Shown piece by piece: positions 60,681 to 64,000 of a DNA stretch of 64,000 nucleotides (its first letter is position 1; each line of letters starts with the position of its first letter). Origin of the DNA: a virus. The DNA is taken from IMG/VR virus record IMGVR_UViG_3300025789_000020. One strand, given 5' to 3'. Both the position numbers and the translations under genes were made by a program. Under the pieces are notes generated by a model, which was not told where the DNA came from, did not search any database, and was given only the letters and a program-made list of their open reading frames with translations.

Positions 60681-61676
60681 ATGGCATCTTTAGCAGAAAT
60701 CAGAGCAAAACTTAAGGCAGCAGAATCAAAAGGTTCAGACAACAACAGAACAGGTGGAGACAATTCCATTTATCCGTTCTGGAATCTAAAAGAAGGCGAT
60801 GAATCCGTACTGCGATTCTTACCAGATGGTAACGCCGATAACACATTTTTCTGGGTAGAACGTGCAATGATCAAATTGCCATTCGCCGGAATCAAAGGTG
60901 AGTCAGAAAGCAAACAAACTATTGTACAAGTACCATGCGTAGAAATGTATGGCGATACTTGCCCAATCCTATCTGAAGTCCGTGCATGGTTCAAAGATCC
61001 AGCACTAGAAGATATGGGTCGTAAATACTGGAAAAAGCGTAGTTACATTTTCCAAGGATTCGTTGTTGAAGACGGTCTAAAAGAAAAAGAAACTCCAGCA
61101 AATCCAATCCGTAGATTTATCATCGGACCTCAAATCTTTACAAGCATTCGTGCCGCGTTGGTTGATCCAGAGTTGGAGGATTTGCCAACTGACTTTGTAC
61201 ATGGCTTAGACTATCGTATGAAGAAAGGTTCAAAAGGCGGATATGCTGACTACTCAACATCAAGTTGGGCACGTCGTGAGCGTCCACTAAGTGACGAAGA
61301 AAACGCGGCAATTAAAGAACATGGCTTGTTTAACTTGTCAGACTTCTTGCCTAAGAAACCAGGCGAAGTTGAATTGAAAGTTATGAAAGAAATGTTTGAA
61401 GCGTCAGTTGACGGCGAGCCATATGACATGGAACGTTGGGGTCAGTACTTCAAGCCTGCAGGCATGAGCCAAAACACTGGCGACCCACAAAAAACATCAT
61501 CTCCTAAGGCAGCACCTGCACCAGTACCAGCGGCAAGTGATGACTATGATGACGAACCAGCTCCAGTAGCTAAGACAGCACCTGCCCCAAAAGCTGAAGC
61601 AAGCACAGATGCACCAGCAGGCGACAGCCGTGCTCAAGACATCTTGGCAATGATTCGTAACCGCCAAAAAGCGTAA
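60681..61676 (+). CDS. gp32: Single-stranded DNA-binding protein (T4 gp32-like)
   Basis: LRFLP, C.E..G..CP, YWKK..Y, GYADY..S, acidic tail; upstream of uvsX. Confidence 0.85.
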   Translation: MASLAEIRAKLKAAESKGSDNNRTGGDNSIYPFWNLKEGDESVLRFLPDGNADNTFFWVERAMIKLPFAGIKGESESKQTIVQVPCVEMYGDTCPILSEVRAWFKDPALEDMGRKYWKKRSYIFQGFVVEDGLKEKETPANPIRRFIIGPQIFTSIRAALVDPELEDLPTDFVHGLDYRMKKGSKGGYADYSTSSWARRERPLSDEENAAIKEHGLFNLSDFLPKKPGEVELKVMKEMFEASVDGEPYDMERWGQYFKPAGMSQNTGDPQKTSSPKAAPAPVPAASDDYDDEPAPVAKTAPAPKAEASTDAPAGDSRAQDILAMIRNRQKA

Positions 61677-61746
61677 TTAAAAACACGGCTCGGGCCTCTA
61701 TGACTTAGTCATACGCCCGGGTTATCTATAATTTAGGAGAAATAAA

Positions 61747-61938
61747 ATGAGTAAATTAAGCAAACTAGCAAAAGTAAACGAGTCAATCACTATCAATCGT
61801 TATGACAACGGCTATATGGTCGAAGTTGGCGGACGTGATGAAGAAAGCGAATGGAAAACCGCTAAGATTCTTTGTAACTCTGAACAAGATATGCTTGACG
61901 TAGTACAAGAATGGACTACAATGGACTTGGATAACTAA
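61747..61938 (+). CDS. Small acidic hypothetical protein (63 aa)
   Basis: Strong SD AGGAG; abuts uvsX. Confidence 0.65.
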   Translation: MSKLSKLAKVNESITINRYDNGYMVEVGGRDEESEWKTAKILCNSEQDMLDVVQEWTTMDLDN

Positions 61939-61939
61939 T

Positions 61940-62995
61940 ATGGCTACTAAAGCGTTTGATTTATCAAAGTTTAGAAAAACTTTGACCAAGTCTATTGACG
62001 GCTTAGGTATTGGGTTTAATGACCCAACAGATTGGGTTAGTACAGGTAACTTTGCGTTGAACTACCTAATTAGCGGCGATTTTAATAAAGGTATTCCGCT
62101 TGGTAAAGTTACTGTATTTGCTGGAGAATCAGGTGCCGGCAAGTCGTATATCTGTTCAGGCAATATTGTTAAGAACGCACAAGAGCAGGGTATCTATGTT
62201 ATCCTTGTAGACAGTGAAAATGCGTTAGATGAAAAATGGTTACACGCACTAGGTGTAGATACTAGTGAAGAAAAACTTCTCAAGTTGAACATGGCTATGA
62301 TTGATGACGTGGCAAAAACAATCCACGAATTCATGACAGAATACAAAGCTATGGAACAACGTCCTAAGGTTTTATTTGTCATAGACTCATTGGGTATGTT
62401 GCTTACCCCTACCGACATCAACCAGTTTGAAGCGGGAGATCTTAAGGGCGACATGGGTCGTAAACCTAAAGCATTGACAGCATTGGTTCGTAACTGTGTA
62501 AACATGTTTGGTAACTATAACGTAGGTATGGTTTGTACTAATCATACATACGCTAGTCAAGACATGTTTGATCCAGATGATAAAATCTCCGGTGGACAAG
62601 GTTTCGTTTATGCAAGTTCTATCGTAGTTGCTATGAAGAAGTTGAAATTAAAAGAAGACGAAGACGGTAACAAAGTTTCAGAAGTCAACGGTATTCGTGC
62701 CGCTTGTAAGATTATGAAAACTCGTTACGCAAAGCCTTTTGAAACATTACAAGTTAAGATTCCATACGAAACAGGTATGAATCCTTACAGCGGTCTAGTT
62801 GACTTGTGCGAAAAAGCCGGCTTGTTAAAGCAAGAAGGTAATAGACTCAAGTGGGTTGACCCAGAGACAGGTGAAGAGTTCAAATTCTACCGAAAAGAAT
62901 GGAAAGATGATAAATTAGATATGTTAATGAGTAAATTTCATATCAAACCTTTAACAACAACCATTCCTGAGGAGACAGAAGAAAATGCTGAATGA
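61940..62995 (+). CDS. uvsX: RecA-like recombinase UvsX
   Basis: STG..ALN..ISG, Walker A GESGAGKS, DSENA, VIDSLG, GDMG, NHTY, SGG. Confidence 0.93.
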   Translation: MATKAFDLSKFRKTLTKSIDGLGIGFNDPTDWVSTGNFALNYLISGDFNKGIPLGKVTVFAGESGAGKSYICSGNIVKNAQEQGIYVILVDSENALDEKWLHALGVDTSEEKLLKLNMAMIDDVAKTIHEFMTEYKAMEQRPKVLFVIDSLGMLLTPTDINQFEAGDLKGDMGRKPKALTALVRNCVNMFGNYNVGMVCTNHTYASQDMFDPDDKISGGQGFVYASSIVVAMKKLKLKEDEDGNKVSEVNGIRAACKIMKTRYAKPFETLQVKIPYETGMNPYSGLVDLCEKAGLLKQEGNRLKWVDPETGEEFKFYRKEWKDDKLDMLMSKFHIKPLTTTIPEETEENAE

Positions 62996-63227
62996 AACCC
63001 AAGTAGGCGACATCTGGTTAAATTTTGTTGAGTATATTGACAAAAAACAATTAGAAACTGTTGCAGAACGATACATCGATTTACTTGCAGATTTTGGAGT
63101 AACTGACCGTGTATTGCAGGCAGCCACTGGCGTTGACGAAATTCTTGACCAAGCAATTTCATATTACTTAAACGAAGATGAAGACGCTGAACCAGAAGAT
63201 GAAGACTTTAGGGAACTAGACTTTTAA
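62985..63227 (+). CDS. Small acidic hypothetical protein (80 aa)
   Basis: SD GAGGAG; overlaps both flanking genes. Confidence 0.65.
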   Translation: MLNETQVGDIWLNFVEYIDKKQLETVAERYIDLLADFGVTDRVLQAATGVDEILDQAISYYLNEDEDAEPEDEDFRELDF

Positions 63228-63679
63228 TGTGGTATAATAAAATAGCCAAGGATATTTCTTATATCCCCGAAGCCGTTGAGTTCTATAATGCTGAACTAGA
63301 TGAAGCAAGATTAGAATGTCGGATCGTTGGGAATATTGAAAAAGCCTCCGCATCAATGCCAGGAGTTGTTGAACAACGATTTAGCCAACTCCAAGAAATT
63401 GAGGCTATTTTAGAATATTTAAATATTGAACTTCGACGCCTAAAAAGCCAACATTTTCGAAAATATTTAGAGAACTATCAACGTGCTCTAAGTAGTCGAG
63501 ACTGTGAACGATATTGTGAAGGTGAAGCAGACGTAGTTGACTTTGAAAAAATTATCAACGAGTTTGCTTTACTTCGCAACAAGTGGTTAGGTATTACTAA
63601 AGCCCTTGATCAGAAACAATGGCAACTTACTAACATTGTAAAATTGCGTGTTGCCGGTATGGAAGACGCAACCTTATAA
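63227..63679 (+). CDS. uvsY: Recombination mediator UvsY-like
   Basis: 150-aa helical protein; Y..Y...LS..D...Y..G..D; K.L..K.WQL.NIVKLR; near uvsX. Confidence 0.75.
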   Translation: MWYNKIAKDISYIPEAVEFYNAELDEARLECRIVGNIEKASASMPGVVEQRFSQLQEIEAILEYLNIELRRLKSQHFRKYLENYQRALSSRDCERYCEGEADVVDFEKIINEFALLRNKWLGITKALDQKQWQLTNIVKLRVAGMEDATL

Positions 63680-63703
63680 CTAATTTTGCCAAAAGGTAGA
63701 CTG

Positions 63704-63736
63704 TAGGCCTTAAATAATATTGAGGCCTATTTTTTT
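63704..63736 (+). terminator. Intrinsic terminator after uvsY
   Basis: taggcct...aggccta followed by T7. Confidence 0.8.
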
Positions 63737-63746
63737 GTCTAAAAGG

Positions 63747-63775
63747 TTGATTTATAAAATACATTAGTGTATACT
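63747..63775 (+). promoter_or_regulatory. Sigma70-type promoter
   Basis: TTGATT-N17-TATACT, 7 nt before the ATG at 63783. Confidence 0.7.
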
Positions 63776-63782
63776 TACTACT

Positions 63783-64000
63783 ATGATAACTGTTGATAAT
63801 CTTCTATTACAAATTGTAAATTGTTCTAGCCCATCTGTTGACTCTTTAGTTTCTAAAAAAGATTTTAAAGTACTAACAAGCCTAGCATCTTCATCAAACA
63901 GCTTTCTGTTTATAACAGAATCACAATCTAATTTATTATTAAAAATACTCAATGATAATAAGGAAAAATTAGTAGCAATAGAAACTGATATTTCTAAAAT
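63783..64000 (+). CDS. Hypothetical protein, 3'-truncated (MITVDNLLLQIV...)
   Basis: Open from ATG 63783 to the window end, directly behind a promoter; absent from the ORF track. Confidence 0.6.
   Translation, partial: MITVDNLLLQIVNCSSPSVDSLVSKKDFKVLTSLASSSNSFLFITESQSNLLLKILNDNKEKLVAIETDISK

Noticed and set aside
54446-62995. Inteins or introns in terL or uvsX
   Set aside because: Both are normal length with contiguous motifs and no splice signatures.
285-63952. Dozens of short antisense or off-frame ORFs in the track (e.g. 16444..17064-, 29866..30468-, 63764..63952-)
   Set aside because: Shadows of Thr/Gly/Ala-rich genes with RNY codon bias; no SD or promoter, and they overlap well-supported CDSs.
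1-64000. Active stop-codon reassignment; tRNA/rRNA genes
   Set aside because: Genes are full length in the standard code with near-complete coding density. Intergenic gaps are short, explained by promoters or terminators, and show no cloverleaf.

Overview
AT-rich 64 kb segment of a large T4-superfamily (jumbo-type) myophage genome, with about 46 real genes in the standard code. 1-24.8 kb: fibre/adsorption module with two giant paralogous Ser/Thr/Gly-rich proteins (1969 and 4040 aa) and a cassette of three very Cys-rich polyglycine proteins interleaved with two Tfa-like chaperones. 24.8-29.4 kb (minus strand): a glycosyltransferase, two SGNH-like proteins and a NodU/CmcH carbamoyltransferase. 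29.5-41.1 kb: small fibre proteins, an intact S53 sedolisin protease and a 2226-aa virion protein. 41.1-56 kb: Nudix, gp15, gp14, gp13, dNMP kinase, HNH-like protein, sheath, tube, gp4 and terminases. 56-64 kb: putative internal head proteins, gp32, UvsX, UvsY. Main leads: (i) six helical C-x-R-D modules resembling the phycobiliprotein bilin-attachment helix; (ii) a balanced, recursively nested domain stalk in the 4040-aa protein; (iii) the Cys-rich adhesin cassette facing a glycan-tailoring operon; (iv) TAAATA-N4-7-ATG, probably leaderless, late genes. All calls come from reading motifs by eye; no database searches were run.
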